A stretch of DNA of 64,000 nt. Source: Candidatus Kapaibacterium sp. (GTDB lineage Bacteria > Bacteroidota > Ignavibacteria > Kapaibacteriales > UBA2268). Location: contig OY761611.1 in the NCBI GenBank assembly GCA_963664875.1, positions 1 to 64,000 on the forward strand, read 5' to 3'. Below the pieces are notes generated by a model. It saw only the letters and a program-made list of their open reading frames with translations. It was not told where the DNA came from and did no database searches. Shown here piece by piece: positions 9,093-18,435 of this stretch. Positions within the stretch are counted from its first letter, which is position 1; each line of letters begins with the position of its first letter. The position numbers were made by a program, and so were the translations under genes.

Positions 9093-10292
9093 ATGGGACC
9101 ATTAGTATCTTTCGGAATAATCGGTCAGGAGTTCAATTATATCATAGCTCTTCTGATTGGTATAGCTTTTGGATTTATCTTAGAACAAGCAGGATTTTCT
9201 ACATCCAAAAAACTTGTAGGAGTTTTTTACGGCTATGATTTTGTTGTTCTTAGAGTATTTTTTACTGCAGCAGCAACCGCTCTGATTGGATTGATTATAT
9301 TTGATTATCTCGGTCTGATAGATATGTCGTTTATCTATATAAATCCTACCTTTTTACAGCCGGCGATAGTTGGTGGCATTATTATGGGATTTGGATTTAT
9401 ACTTGGAGGTTTTTGTCCCGGTACGTCGCTGGTGGCTGCTGCAACAGGAAAAATTGATGCTATGCTTTTTATAGCAGGAAGTTTAGTAGGCATTTTTGCA
9501 TTTGGAGAAATGTATCCTGCAATTTCGGATTTCTACTATTCTACAAACTTAGGTGGCATATTTGTTTATGATTCACTTGGCATTTCAAGGGGATTATTTG
9601 CTTCAGGGCTTGCTATTGTAGCCATTGTGGCATTTATTCTTACTTCAAAAATAGAAGAGAAAGTAAAATACGGATATAAGCCGGAACATCCGAAATATAA
9701 AATGGCTATTCCGGCGATAGCTGTTGGATTTGCAGCAGCAATAGTCATTCTGTTTTTACCTGAAAAAAGAGAATCTGTAGAAACCTTATCTGCTCAGGAG
9801 CTTGAGAGCACTTTACAAAATGAAGTAAAATACGTAACTCCGGAAGAGTTAGCCTATGATATTTATTATAAAAATGCGAAGTTTTTGCCAATAGATTTAC
9901 GCGAAGAAGAGCAATTTAAGAAGTATTGTATCACGGGCGCTACGAGAATGACGTTAAAAGAAATATCTCTTACAACCGGCAAAGTAATGTTACAACATCC
10001 CAACAAAAGACCTGTCTTTTATTCTGCGGATGAAGATATGGCTAAAAGAGCCTTTTTACTTGCTCAGAAAGAAGGTATGGACAATGTCTATGTACTCAAA
10101 GGCGGTATAGATGCTTATAAAAATATGTTACAAACCCAAACAGTAGCCCATAAGGCAGCTTTTATCGGTGCTAACGGAGACGATTTTGTTACCCGTTTAG
10201 CCAATTACTTGAAATCAGACACCACACTCACTAAACCTCAAGAGAGACAAAAAGTAGAGGTAAAAGTAGTCAAAGTCAAGGGCGGCTGTTAA
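9093..10292 (+). CDS. YeeE/YedE transporter fused to a rhodanese-like domain, with a C-terminal GGC
   Basis: FGFILEQAGF, GGFCPGT; IDLR...VLKGG rhodanese-like region; ends VKVKGGC. Confidence 0.85.
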   Translation: MGPLVSFGIIGQEFNYIIALLIGIAFGFILEQAGFSTSKKLVGVFYGYDFVVLRVFFTAAATALIGLIIFDYLGLIDMSFIYINPTFLQPAIVGGIIMGFGFILGGFCPGTSLVAAATGKIDAMLFIAGSLVGIFAFGEMYPAISDFYYSTNLGGIFVYDSLGISRGLFASGLAIVAIVAFILTSKIEEKVKYGYKPEHPKYKMAIPAIAVGFAAAIVILFLPEKRESVETLSAQELESTLQNEVKYVTPEELAYDIYYKNAKFLPIDLREEEQFKKYCITGATRMTLKEISLTTGKVMLQHPNKRPVFYSADEDMAKRAFLLAQKEGMDNVYVLKGGIDAYKNMLQTQTVAHKAAFIGANGDDFVTRLANYLKSDTTLTKPQERQKVEVKVVKVKGGC

Positions 10293-10300
10293 CATCACAG

Positions 10301-10344
10301 AAAGAGGCTAAAAGTCAAATTAGATTACTTAGCCTCTTTTTTTT
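10301..10344 (+). terminator. Intrinsic terminator of the otr operon
   Basis: AAAGAGGCTAA / TTAGCCTCTTT plus a T-run. Confidence 0.75.
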
Positions 10345-10637
10345 GCCTATTTAGAAAGTCATCTCTTTGAGTCTTAGGGAATATGATATAAGTAAATCAG
10401 TGTCCAAACAACAGCTTCCTTTATATGAATATAGAAATCTCTGATTGACCAAATTTAAAGACCACAAATGACTTGCGGTAGCAAATTCCTATGCCGGAAA
10501 CAGGCTCGAATGCCTCAACAAAGAGAAATAAAATGCAATTTGAAATATTGTGTTGAAACATATTTGCTGAACAATCGTTAGAAATCATGTAAAAATGGTT
10601 ATCTTTGTAAATAGATTAAGCAAACTTTGGAGAACTT

Positions 10638-11429
10638 ATGCGATTGTTTCGTTTACTTGGACTTTTAGTTATTCTGACATTTGCACTTACAAATGTGAAT
10701 GCACAAGATGCCGATATTGATGATTTTTCTTTTGATACAGAAGAAATTCAAACCGAAAAACCTGTATATTTTGCAATAGGCGGGGGGTATGCTGCTAACT
10801 TCATGTTCTACGATCCTGCACCAATAAATAATGTGTTTGCAAAAGGCAACGCAGTTTCCGGTTTCGAATTCCCGGAATTTGAAAAACCAATTGTAATGCA
10901 TGGAGCTACTGCAATACTTAGCACTTATTATATACCGAACACAAGAATCGGCTTTTTTTCGTTAGGTGGCAATCAAACCAAGAGTTACACTTTGACTGAA
11001 AATGAAAAAACATACGACATGGATATGAAATACAGTCAAAGTATTTTGGGAGGTAGCATTGACTACGGCTTTATACTTATGAAATCATTAGTAGTGCTTC
11101 CCGGTTTAGGTTTTGGTCATGGCAATATGACATTTGAAACAACAAAAACAAACTCTGCATATTCTTGGTCTGATTTCGATAACATGAACGACGAGAATTT
11201 TATCAAGCGAGCAGAAACCGGCTATTGGTTTGTGCAGCCTCAATTAAACATTGAATATGCAGTAACAGGTGTCCTTGCATTCCGCCTCAATGCGAATTAT
11301 ATTTTGCCATTCGGTCAGAAAGACTGGAAATATAATAACACAAAAGAACTTACAAATACGCTATCAGACATAGAGACAAAAGGCTTTTCCGTGCAGCTTG
11401 GTTTGATGGTAGGTTTGTTTAATTATTAG
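10638..11429 (+). CDS. Outer-membrane beta-barrel protein
   Basis: Signal peptide, amphipathic beta strands, aromatic C-terminus; TATCTTTG promoter element at 10600-10607. Confidence 0.7.
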   Translation: MRLFRLLGLLVILTFALTNVNAQDADIDDFSFDTEEIQTEKPVYFAIGGGYAANFMFYDPAPINNVFAKGNAVSGFEFPEFEKPIVMHGATAILSTYYIPNTRIGFFSLGGNQTKSYTLTENEKTYDMDMKYSQSILGGSIDYGFILMKSLVVLPGLGFGHGNMTFETTKTNSAYSWSDFDNMNDENFIKRAETGYWFVQPQLNIEYAVTGVLAFRLNANYILPFGQKDWKYNNTKELTNTLSDIETKGFSVQLGLMVGLFNY

Positions 11430-11450
11430 AAAAAAAATCAAAAAAAGAGC

Positions 11451-11481
11451 TTGACAAAGTAAGAAAAATCACTTATATTTG
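11451..11481 (+). promoter_or_regulatory. Housekeeping promoter of the tRNA
   Basis: TTGACA-N17-TATATTTG; the same TAnnTTTG element occurs at 10600, 39899, 48909 and 57287 upstream of core genes. Confidence 0.8.
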
Positions 11482-11520
11482 TACTCTCTTTTAGAGACAG
11501 TCGAGATAAATAAATCTCAC

Positions 11521-11594
11521 GGGCCTGTAGCTCAGCTGGTTAGAGCTGCGGACTCATAATCCGTCGGTCGGGGGTTCAAGTCCCTCCGGGCCCA
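11521..11594 (+). tRNA. tRNA with CAT anticodon, most likely tRNA-Ile2; CCA not encoded
   Basis: Acceptor GGGCCTG/CGGGCCC-A, anticodon loop CTCATAA, T-loop TTCAAGT; paired 1:72 argues against an initiator tRNA. Confidence 0.93.
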
Positions 11595-11602
11595 CTTCAA
11601 GA

Positions 11603-11642
11603 AAGAGCTAATTGTTTAGTAAAAAAACAGTTAGCTCTTTTT
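11603..11642 (+). terminator. Terminator after the tRNA
   Basis: AAAGAGCTAATTGTTT / AAACAGTTAGCTCTTT plus Ts. Confidence 0.75.
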
Positions 11643-11652
11643 GTATTTTGTA

Positions 11653-11674
11653 TGGGTAGCACTTTGGGTAGCAC
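11653..11674. repeat. 10-bp direct repeat resembling an integrase arm-type site
   Basis: TGGGTAGCAC-TT-TGGGTAGCAC about 60 bp after the tRNA 3' end. Confidence 0.5.
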
Positions 11675-11980
11675 CAAATCACATCTTTCTGCCAAAATCA
11701 GATATAGAATACCTCTATTAAATCACATATATTTTCCGCACTTATTTTCCTTTTTTATGCTGTCTTTCGAGCTAAGATGTTTCTAAATCTTGTAATGAGA
11801 GAATCTGCAAAGCAGTTTAAATCTGCTTATTTACTACCAACACTAAAAGCTTTACCAAATATTTTATCGAATCTAATAAAAATCAGGTTTGTTATAATGT
11901 ATTCCATAGTAAAACTTGTTAATATCTGTAGATGTTGTTATATTGAATAATTATCAAATATTTGTATAAATCAAAACAAC

Positions 11981-12013
11981 TGAGACATAATATGTCGCTA
12001 TGCTATGTATATT
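11981..12013 (+). promoter_or_regulatory. Island box 1 (putative WYL site plus -10) upstream of the UvrD-nuclease
   Basis: TGAGAC-ATAATAT-GTCGCT; TGTCGC-N9-TATATT. Confidence 0.75.
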
Positions 12014-12048
12014 CTTATATAGCATATTCCAAATCTATAGAGGTTAAC

Positions 12049-14745
12049 ATGAATTTGAATTCTGCCCAACAGCATGCTGTTGATATAACTGGTAGTGTGG
12101 TTGTAAAAGCAAATCCCGGAACAGGGAAAACTACTCTAATCGCAAGTAAATATCTTAAACTTCTTCAAACCGGTATTAATCCCGAAGAGATTCTGTGTTT
12201 GACATTTACAAATAAAGCACAGAAAGAGATGGAAGCTCGTATCAAAAAGTTGATAGTAGATAATAACTTAGAAGTTAATCTTGCTGAATTGAAAATATTT
12301 ACTTTCCACTCCTATGCTATGAATGTTGTTGAGCAGAGAGAAATTATTCCTGAAACCTTCCTCAAATACATGATACTAAGGTATATGAAAGAGCATCAAG
12401 TCTATTCTTTGCAAGAATACGGACTTGAAAATACAGCTTTGCCTGGTATGATGGGACTTATTAAGTATCTTAAAACGCATGGTAAGCAACCTACAGATTT
12501 AGATGCCTCAGATATTAAAGGAATTATGCGTAAACTGTATGATGATCATCAAGCCACAAAACCTAAAAGTCAAAAGAATCCTCGTGAGGATGCTGAACTC
12601 TTTGCTTATGTAGATGCATTATGCAATATCTTTGATGATTACGAAACGCAAAAATCCCGTTATGGCTATGACTATTCTGATTTGCTTATTGAATATGATA
12701 AACTCACTCAAAAGCCGCATTATAAATATGTATTAGTAGATGAATTGCAGGATGTAAACTATCTTGAAGCAAAGATGGCTCGTGAGGCAGGCGATATTTT
12801 CTTTGCTGTGGGTGATGCAAAGCAGTCTATTATGGCGTTTCAGGGTGGCTCTATAGAAAATTTTGAAATGTTTAAGGATGGGGAAGAGGTTATACTTTCT
12901 GATAACTATCGTTCCTCAAATGAAATTCTTACTTTTGCTCGTGATGTTTATAAAAAACGCACTGGTTCGTTGGATCATAAAAATGAGCTCCAATCCCTTC
13001 GCAATCCAACTATAAAAGATGTGATGGATAAAGTCAAATTATATGAGATAGCCAAAGATGATGTGCTTGATTCTGTTGTGAAGTTGGTTGCTAACTTATC
13101 TAAATTGGGTGATAAAGTTGCAGTAATTGGTAGAACAAACGACCAACTTGATAGTATGTCGCGCAAGCTTACTGACTATGGATTATCTCACACTACCACT
13201 TACGAAAAGGGCTCTGACGCTGTTAAGCAACATATTATAGAGTTTATTGATGGCTTTTTTACAAAAGACCCTCAGATAATCCTAAATTCTTTCTTCACTC
13301 CGTTTGCTCCGATAAGTATTGAAGATGCTGTCAAAATATCAAATGCCGAACCTAAAACTATTGCTGATGTTCTGACTACTGAGCGTCTCGAGAGCTTTTA
13401 TAATTCGGTTACTAAAGTGGAAGATATAAATACTCTGTTTACTGATTGTATTTTCCCTATTTCCTTGCAGTATGGCGAAATATATTACGAAACTGCTCAG
13501 ATGATGTATAAAACTTATGCTGAAGCTTTCAAAAATGTAAATCTCAAAACTTATGATAAGCTGTTTGACTATATGAAAATGGCTTCTCTTGATGCTGAGA
13601 GGAAAAAAGAAATAGAAGAGCAGGTTGTTCTTACTACGATTCACAAAGCCAAGGGTAAGGAATACGACCACGTAATATATGTGCAGCACGAAACAAAAGA
13701 AAAAAAGGATATTTACTATTTTCTAAGAGAAGCAACTCTCAAATCGCTTAATCTAAATAGCTCTGAATTAGATGAAGAGGAATCTTTGCGTCTTGACTTC
13801 GTAGCTGTTACTCGTGCAAAGGAAACCCTGCACATTATCCCTGAGGATATGGAGCAGTTTGTTACTGAAGACACCGTCACAACTTCAATAGATGTTGAAA
13901 TCGAAGATTTTGAGATCGAAACTGATGCCTTCAAAGCTAAACAGGCGTTTGCTCTTTTTGTGAATAAGGATTATGAAAAAGCAAAAGACCTTTTAACTAC
14001 AAATCGTGATTGGCTGATTTACACTATAAGAGCGCATTTTGAAAATATGCCTCATTTGTCTTTCTCCGCTGTGATAAAAGATCCTTACGAGTATTTAAAG
14101 AAGCGGATTTTGAATATTAAATATATTTCTGATGCTTTGGCGGTGGGTATTGATTTGCATGATTATGCAGAAAAATTCCTTAAAACGGGCAAGACAGAGC
14201 ACAAAAAAGAGCTCGCTCCGTATGTTAAGAATTTCCACAATTTGCATGATGAAATTCTAAAAAGCTATCCGAATTTTGTATCGGCAGAGGATAATTTTAA
14301 TTTACCACTAAACGAAGTCTTTGATGTAGATGATGATATTTTACTGACCGGAAAAATTGATGCTATATATAAAGATGAGCATGGAAGATACCTCTTTGTG
14401 GATTGGAAGACAAGCCGCAATCAAAACTCGCTAAACGATTACCGCAAGCAGCTCGAAACTTACAGAAGGGCTTACACTAAACTAAACAATATCGAATTGG
14501 ACGATGTTACTTCTGCGGTCGCTTTTGTAAGCCTTGCCACAGGTATAAATACCGGTCAGCTCGATCATGAGTTAGTGCTGGAAACTAATCCAAGTAATAT
14601 GTTCACCAACTTCCAAAAGGACGTGCAGACGATCATATCATGGCGAAAAGACCCTCTGAACTTCTGCAATGACTTCCTTGATAATGAGAAGGATGATTAC
14701 CTATGGCAGGCAGTCGCCGAGCAGATTAAGAGAGAGATGAGGTAG
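12049..14745 (+). CDS. UvrD/REP-like SF1 helicase fused to a C-terminal PD-(D/E)xK nuclease
   Basis: ANPGTGKTT, TFTNKA, VDELQD, VGDAKQSI, NYRS, TIHKAKGKE, VAVTRAK; GKIDAI...VDWKT...QLETY; GAGG RBS before ATG 12049. Confidence 0.92.
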   Translation: MNLNSAQQHAVDITGSVVVKANPGTGKTTLIASKYLKLLQTGINPEEILCLTFTNKAQKEMEARIKKLIVDNNLEVNLAELKIFTFHSYAMNVVEQREIIPETFLKYMILRYMKEHQVYSLQEYGLENTALPGMMGLIKYLKTHGKQPTDLDASDIKGIMRKLYDDHQATKPKSQKNPREDAELFAYVDALCNIFDDYETQKSRYGYDYSDLLIEYDKLTQKPHYKYVLVDELQDVNYLEAKMAREAGDIFFAVGDAKQSIMAFQGGSIENFEMFKDGEEVILSDNYRSSNEILTFARDVYKKRTGSLDHKNELQSLRNPTIKDVMDKVKLYEIAKDDVLDSVVKLVANLSKLGDKVAVIGRTNDQLDSMSRKLTDYGLSHTTTYEKGSDAVKQHIIEFIDGFFTKDPQIILNSFFTPFAPISIEDAVKISNAEPKTIADVLTTERLESFYNSVTKVEDINTLFTDCIFPISLQYGEIYYETAQMMYKTYAEAFKNVNLKTYDKLFDYMKMASLDAERKKEIEEQVVLTTIHKAKGKEYDHVIYVQHETKEKKDIYYFLREATLKSLNLNSSELDEEESLRLDFVAVTRAKETLHIIPEDMEQFVTEDTVTTSIDVEIEDFEIETDAFKAKQAFALFVNKDYEKAKDLLTTNRDWLIYTIRAHFENMPHLSFSAVIKDPYEYLKKRILNIKYISDALAVGIDLHDYAEKFLKTGKTEHKKELAPYVKNFHNLHDEILKSYPNFVSAEDNFNLPLNEVFDVDDDILLTGKIDAIYKDEHGRYLFVDWKTSRNQNSLNDYRKQLETYRRAYTKLNNIELDDVTSAVAFVSLATGINTGQLDHELVLETNPSNMFTNFQKDVQTIISWRKDPLNFCNDFLDNEKDDYLWQAVAEQIKREMR

Positions 14746-14822
14746 CGAAATTAGAAAATGTTTATGTAAATAACAAAAAATTGAAATAAATCTAAGTTTA
14801 AACAATACAATGGAGATTAGTT

Positions 14823-16805
14823 TTGGAAAAAAATCATATTGAAGAATTGATAAGAAACTATAATGATAAGTATCAGTTATGTGATAAAAATTCAGATTTA
14901 TACATCTTAGATGGTATTCCTGATAGTAAATATAACAATGCTTTCAAATCTCATAACTTGATTGAAGATGAAGTAATATATCTATTAGTTGATACTACTT
15001 TTTGGGGATCTGCTTCAGATAGTCTCCTTATTACCAACTATAGGATTTCAATTCGTGTTTATGGTGAAGAGAATAGTATTTGGTTTACTCTGCAAGAACT
15101 CAATAGTGTGAGCTATAATAAGCTCGATGAACTATTTTCATTTAAATATTCTTATTATAATACAGAGATACTAATGCCATTTGCAGATGTCTATAGTGTT
15201 GTTTCTAAGGATGAACACAGAATAGTTTTTGCTGAATTGCTGACGAATATAGCTAATGACTATGAAGATATAGAATCATTTGCGTTTAAACAAATATTTG
15301 AGCAAGAAGATAGAGCGAACCAAAAAGAAAAACTGTTAGAATATTTAGAAGAATTTAAAGAAGGATATTGTACTCATGAAGCAACATATCTTCTAGCAAG
15401 TCTATATTCAGAAGAAAATCAGTATGAAAAGGCATTGGGAATTATTACAAATTTAGATTTAGAAAAATATGATAAAGACTGTCATGGTTATTTTCATTTT
15501 TTAGAAGCAAAAGTTTTACTTGGGATAAAACAAACTAAGAAAGCTGAACTGAAGCTGCTACAAGCAAAGAACAGTATAAAAGATTTACCAAAAGATCATA
15601 AATTCTTTGTCGATAGTTTGAAAGATTTAGCAATAGATGATACAATTTCTACACTTCAGAATATCTTCTGTGATGATTTCGACGAAATTGAGCCAAAACT
15701 AAGAAAATATATCTTGGTTACGGATACGACAGATCAAGTTCATAATAATAGCTTTTATGCTTTTCAAATGAATACCCTACCAAAAATAGAATTTCCTACA
15801 GGCCACCCTCAGGTTAATATGCTTTACGTTTTACATCCGCAAAAAAAGAATTTGTATATACCGACAAAGGATTTAGATTCACATTTAATCGTTGATAAGC
15901 TAAATGAGTATCAATATTTTATTCAGTGTTTGGGTGCTCGTAAGATAGAAATCGTTAGGGCTTCAGAGTCAAGATTTACTTCACATGATACTTCGAATCA
16001 AGATACATCTGTATCTATAGAAGGAAGTAAGGCGGGGATTAAAGCTGTGTCTTTTAGTGGGGAATATTCAAGAGATATAACTTCAAACGAGAATATACTT
16101 AATACTTTTAGCACTAAAAGAGAGCAAATCTTTTCACCGAAGAAAAAACCATATTTACCTGATACTTTAAATTGGTATAATGCAGAACCATCTTGGCAGA
16201 GATTGTATGAACAAAGAATAAATGGTGGACTTTTATCTCACACTGAAATTCTATCTACATCAACGTCAGAAGTAGTTTCTGAATCAGAGAAGAAAAAAGT
16301 TAGTTCTGATATTGCATTATTTGTAAATAAATTTAAAAGTATTAAAGACACAGATAAGTATTTTGAAAATACAAAAAATGAAACCTTGCAGTTAGAAATC
16401 AAAGTAGAGTTTGAAGATATAGCTAATCTACTTGAAGAAAATCAGGAAGTAAAAGAAGAGAAAAAAACACTATCAGACATAGAAGCTACTTATAAAGAAG
16501 ATGTTGAAATGATGTTGGAAGATGATAATATTATCGATGAAGCAGAGCGAAAAATGTTAGACCGAAAAAAGATAAAACTTGGTCTTTCTCAAGAGAGAGC
16601 AAAAGAAATAGAAATGATGGTAATAGCAGATAAGGCACCAATGTTAAAAGAAGAATTAGAGTATTTAGAAGAATATAGAGCTATTTTAGAAGAAACTCCT
16701 GAGTTAAGTAAACTCGAGAGAAGGCTTTTAGATAGATTAGCAAGGAAATCAGGAATAACATCGGAGCGTCAGAAAGAATTGGAAGAGGGTGTGTCTATTG
16801 GTTAA
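14823..16805 (+). CDS. Multidomain hypothetical protein: TPR-like region, central HP/LGA domain, C-terminal TerB-like repeats
   Basis: TPR-like YLLASLY...YEKAL; LYVLHP...CLGARKIEI; two helical repeats (ERKMLDR..KLGLSQERAKEIE, ERRLLDR..KSGITSERQKELE); GGAG before TTG. Confidence 0.75.
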   Translation: MEKNHIEELIRNYNDKYQLCDKNSDLYILDGIPDSKYNNAFKSHNLIEDEVIYLLVDTTFWGSASDSLLITNYRISIRVYGEENSIWFTLQELNSVSYNKLDELFSFKYSYYNTEILMPFADVYSVVSKDEHRIVFAELLTNIANDYEDIESFAFKQIFEQEDRANQKEKLLEYLEEFKEGYCTHEATYLLASLYSEENQYEKALGIITNLDLEKYDKDCHGYFHFLEAKVLLGIKQTKKAELKLLQAKNSIKDLPKDHKFFVDSLKDLAIDDTISTLQNIFCDDFDEIEPKLRKYILVTDTTDQVHNNSFYAFQMNTLPKIEFPTGHPQVNMLYVLHPQKKNLYIPTKDLDSHLIVDKLNEYQYFIQCLGARKIEIVRASESRFTSHDTSNQDTSVSIEGSKAGIKAVSFSGEYSRDITSNENILNTFSTKREQIFSPKKKPYLPDTLNWYNAEPSWQRLYEQRINGGLLSHTEILSTSTSEVVSESEKKKVSSDIALFVNKFKSIKDTDKYFENTKNETLQLEIKVEFEDIANLLEENQEVKEEKKTLSDIEATYKEDVEMMLEDDNIIDEAERKMLDRKKIKLGLSQERAKEIEMMVIADKAPMLKEELEYLEEYRAILEETPELSKLERRLLDRLARKSGITSERQKELEEGVSIG

Positions 16806-16852
16806 GATATCATTTCAATTTCTAAAATGTAAAAAAAAGCAATATGCAATAG

Positions 16853-17854
16853 GTGAAAAATATGAAGTATTATGGTATTGTAAATAAGTTTAAAGATGAG
16901 CATAAATCTGGAATATATGCGAGACGTCAAATAACTTCTAAAGAACTTAATAGAATATCAAGCAAATATAAATTAGATGAATGGTTAGAATTAATATTTC
17001 TACTCAATCCTTCTGTTCTATTGACAAATCTAATTTTTCAAAGACACCGTACTGTTGAAATATTGAAATCAAGTTACGAAAATATTTCAAATATCTTCAA
17101 AAAGAAAGAAAAGTCTAGAAAGTTGGAATATAAAGCTAAAATAAATTTGGATTCCGCACGATGTCTTTGTTTTTTTGACGAAACTCTGGATGGAGATTAT
17201 AACATTATTGATGAATCTTTAAACTATGGTTTATTTGACAAAATAGGTAATAGTGGTTTTGAAAAAATGATGAAATCAGAAGGTGGTTCATCAATGTTTT
17301 TACTGGAAAAAAACTCTATTCCAAATCAAATAATCCATTTTTCAGGCAATAATGTAAATCTATCCTACGGTTTGTATTGTGAGCATCCAAGGAAGGACAA
17401 TGTTCTTCTTCCTCTTGAAAATTTACCTCAATTATTGCAATCCCTATTATTAGAAGAAACAATTCGAATTTATGAAGTACTTGGTGCAAAAGAAATAGTA
17501 ATAGAAGATATGACTGATTATAAAAGCTCAGTAAAAGGAAAAGATCATAAATATTCTATAAAGATAGAATCAGATAGTAAAATAAACACATTGAGAACAA
17601 AAACATATGGAGATGGTGTTTTTGATATTGAGAGAGCAGAAAAATATCACAATTTAGTTTATGATTATCCTGCAATTATGTCTGTTGTTGAAGCGAGAAA
17701 GTATGGGAATCAAACTTTAGAAGATTTTATTGAGGATGTTGATTTGAGTGCAGGTATAGATGTTGGAGTGTTGGGACTTTTTAACTTGGAGGCAAATTTA
17801 TCTTTGAAAAGACGATGGCGGTTTAAGGTTGAGTTTTGGCCAAGGAAATTATAG
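16853..17854 (+). CDS. Hypothetical protein sharing the HP/LGA domain with the upstream gene
   Basis: LYCEHPRKDN..LP...VLGAKEIVI...FKVEF aligns by eye with the 660-aa protein. Confidence 0.75.
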   Translation: MKNMKYYGIVNKFKDEHKSGIYARRQITSKELNRISSKYKLDEWLELIFLLNPSVLLTNLIFQRHRTVEILKSSYENISNIFKKKEKSRKLEYKAKINLDSARCLCFFDETLDGDYNIIDESLNYGLFDKIGNSGFEKMMKSEGGSSMFLLEKNSIPNQIIHFSGNNVNLSYGLYCEHPRKDNVLLPLENLPQLLQSLLLEETIRIYEVLGAKEIVIEDMTDYKSSVKGKDHKYSIKIESDSKINTLRTKTYGDGVFDIERAEKYHNLVYDYPAIMSVVEARKYGNQTLEDFIEDVDLSAGIDVGVLGLFNLEANLSLKRRWRFKVEFWPRKL

Positions 17855-17874
17855 AATTGATTATCAATATATTA

Positions 17875-18027
17875 GGTATTGTAAACTAAACTCTGTCCAG
17901 TAGATTGATGAAATTAAAGGACAGAGCAATGAAGGAACAAGATTACAAATCGATTCAAGACAAAGCAATTAAGCAATTTAAAGAGGGCAAATCACTATTA
18001 GGTAAAGATGGTGCATTTGCCCCTTTA
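17875..18027 (+). mobile_element. IS256-family remnant: left end plus the first ~33 codons of the transposase
   Basis: MKEQDYKSIQDKAIKQFKEGKSLLGKDGAFAPL resembles Bacteroidota IS256 transposase N-termini; GGTATTGTAAACTAAACTCTGTC is end-like. Confidence 0.75.
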
Positions 18028-18345
18028 TCCCAGCAATTTTTTACCATGGTGAGCATAGGCCGCAATCTTGATTCCATACTGGTCTTCTTTGTGATAACTC
18101 CACTCGAGCCTATTGATAATTGTTTCGCGAAATGTTTTTTGCATTTCTTCAATGCTAACAATGTCCGGAGCAGGCATCTCATCAAGATATAAAAGATATT
18201 TTTCTACGTACGATTCCGGCAATCCAATTTTAGCAACTTTGCTTTTGCCATATCTTTTATGCCAATTATAAATTCTTGCATAACATTCTTCTGCTCCCAT
18301 ACCTTCGGGAACTCTCTCTAAATCACCGCGATTTAAACCCATCAC
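18025..18345 (-). pseudogene. Hypothetical ORF probably 3'-truncated at the IS256 remnant
   Basis: GAGG RBS and box 2 upstream; its TAA coincides with the last recognisable transposase codon. Confidence 0.5.
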
Positions 18346-18399
18346 TTTCCTCTAAATTAGGTTTTATAAAATTTGAACTTAAAGATATAGACGGCAGTA

Positions 18400-18418
18400 T
18401 GCGACATAATATGACGTA
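18400..18418 (-). promoter_or_regulatory. Island box 2
   Basis: Sense TACGTC-ATATTAT-GTCGCA; -10 spacing deviates from the other boxes. Confidence 0.65.
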
Positions 18419-18435
18419 AAAACATGTAAAAGTTG

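Noticed and set aside
11962-12048. N-terminal extension of the helicase ORF
   Set aside because: Covers box 1 and the RBS; the helicase Q-motif starts at Met 12049
17905-18192. 95-aa ORF as a real gene
   Set aside because: Chimera of the IS256 N-terminus and antisense read-through of the opposite ORF
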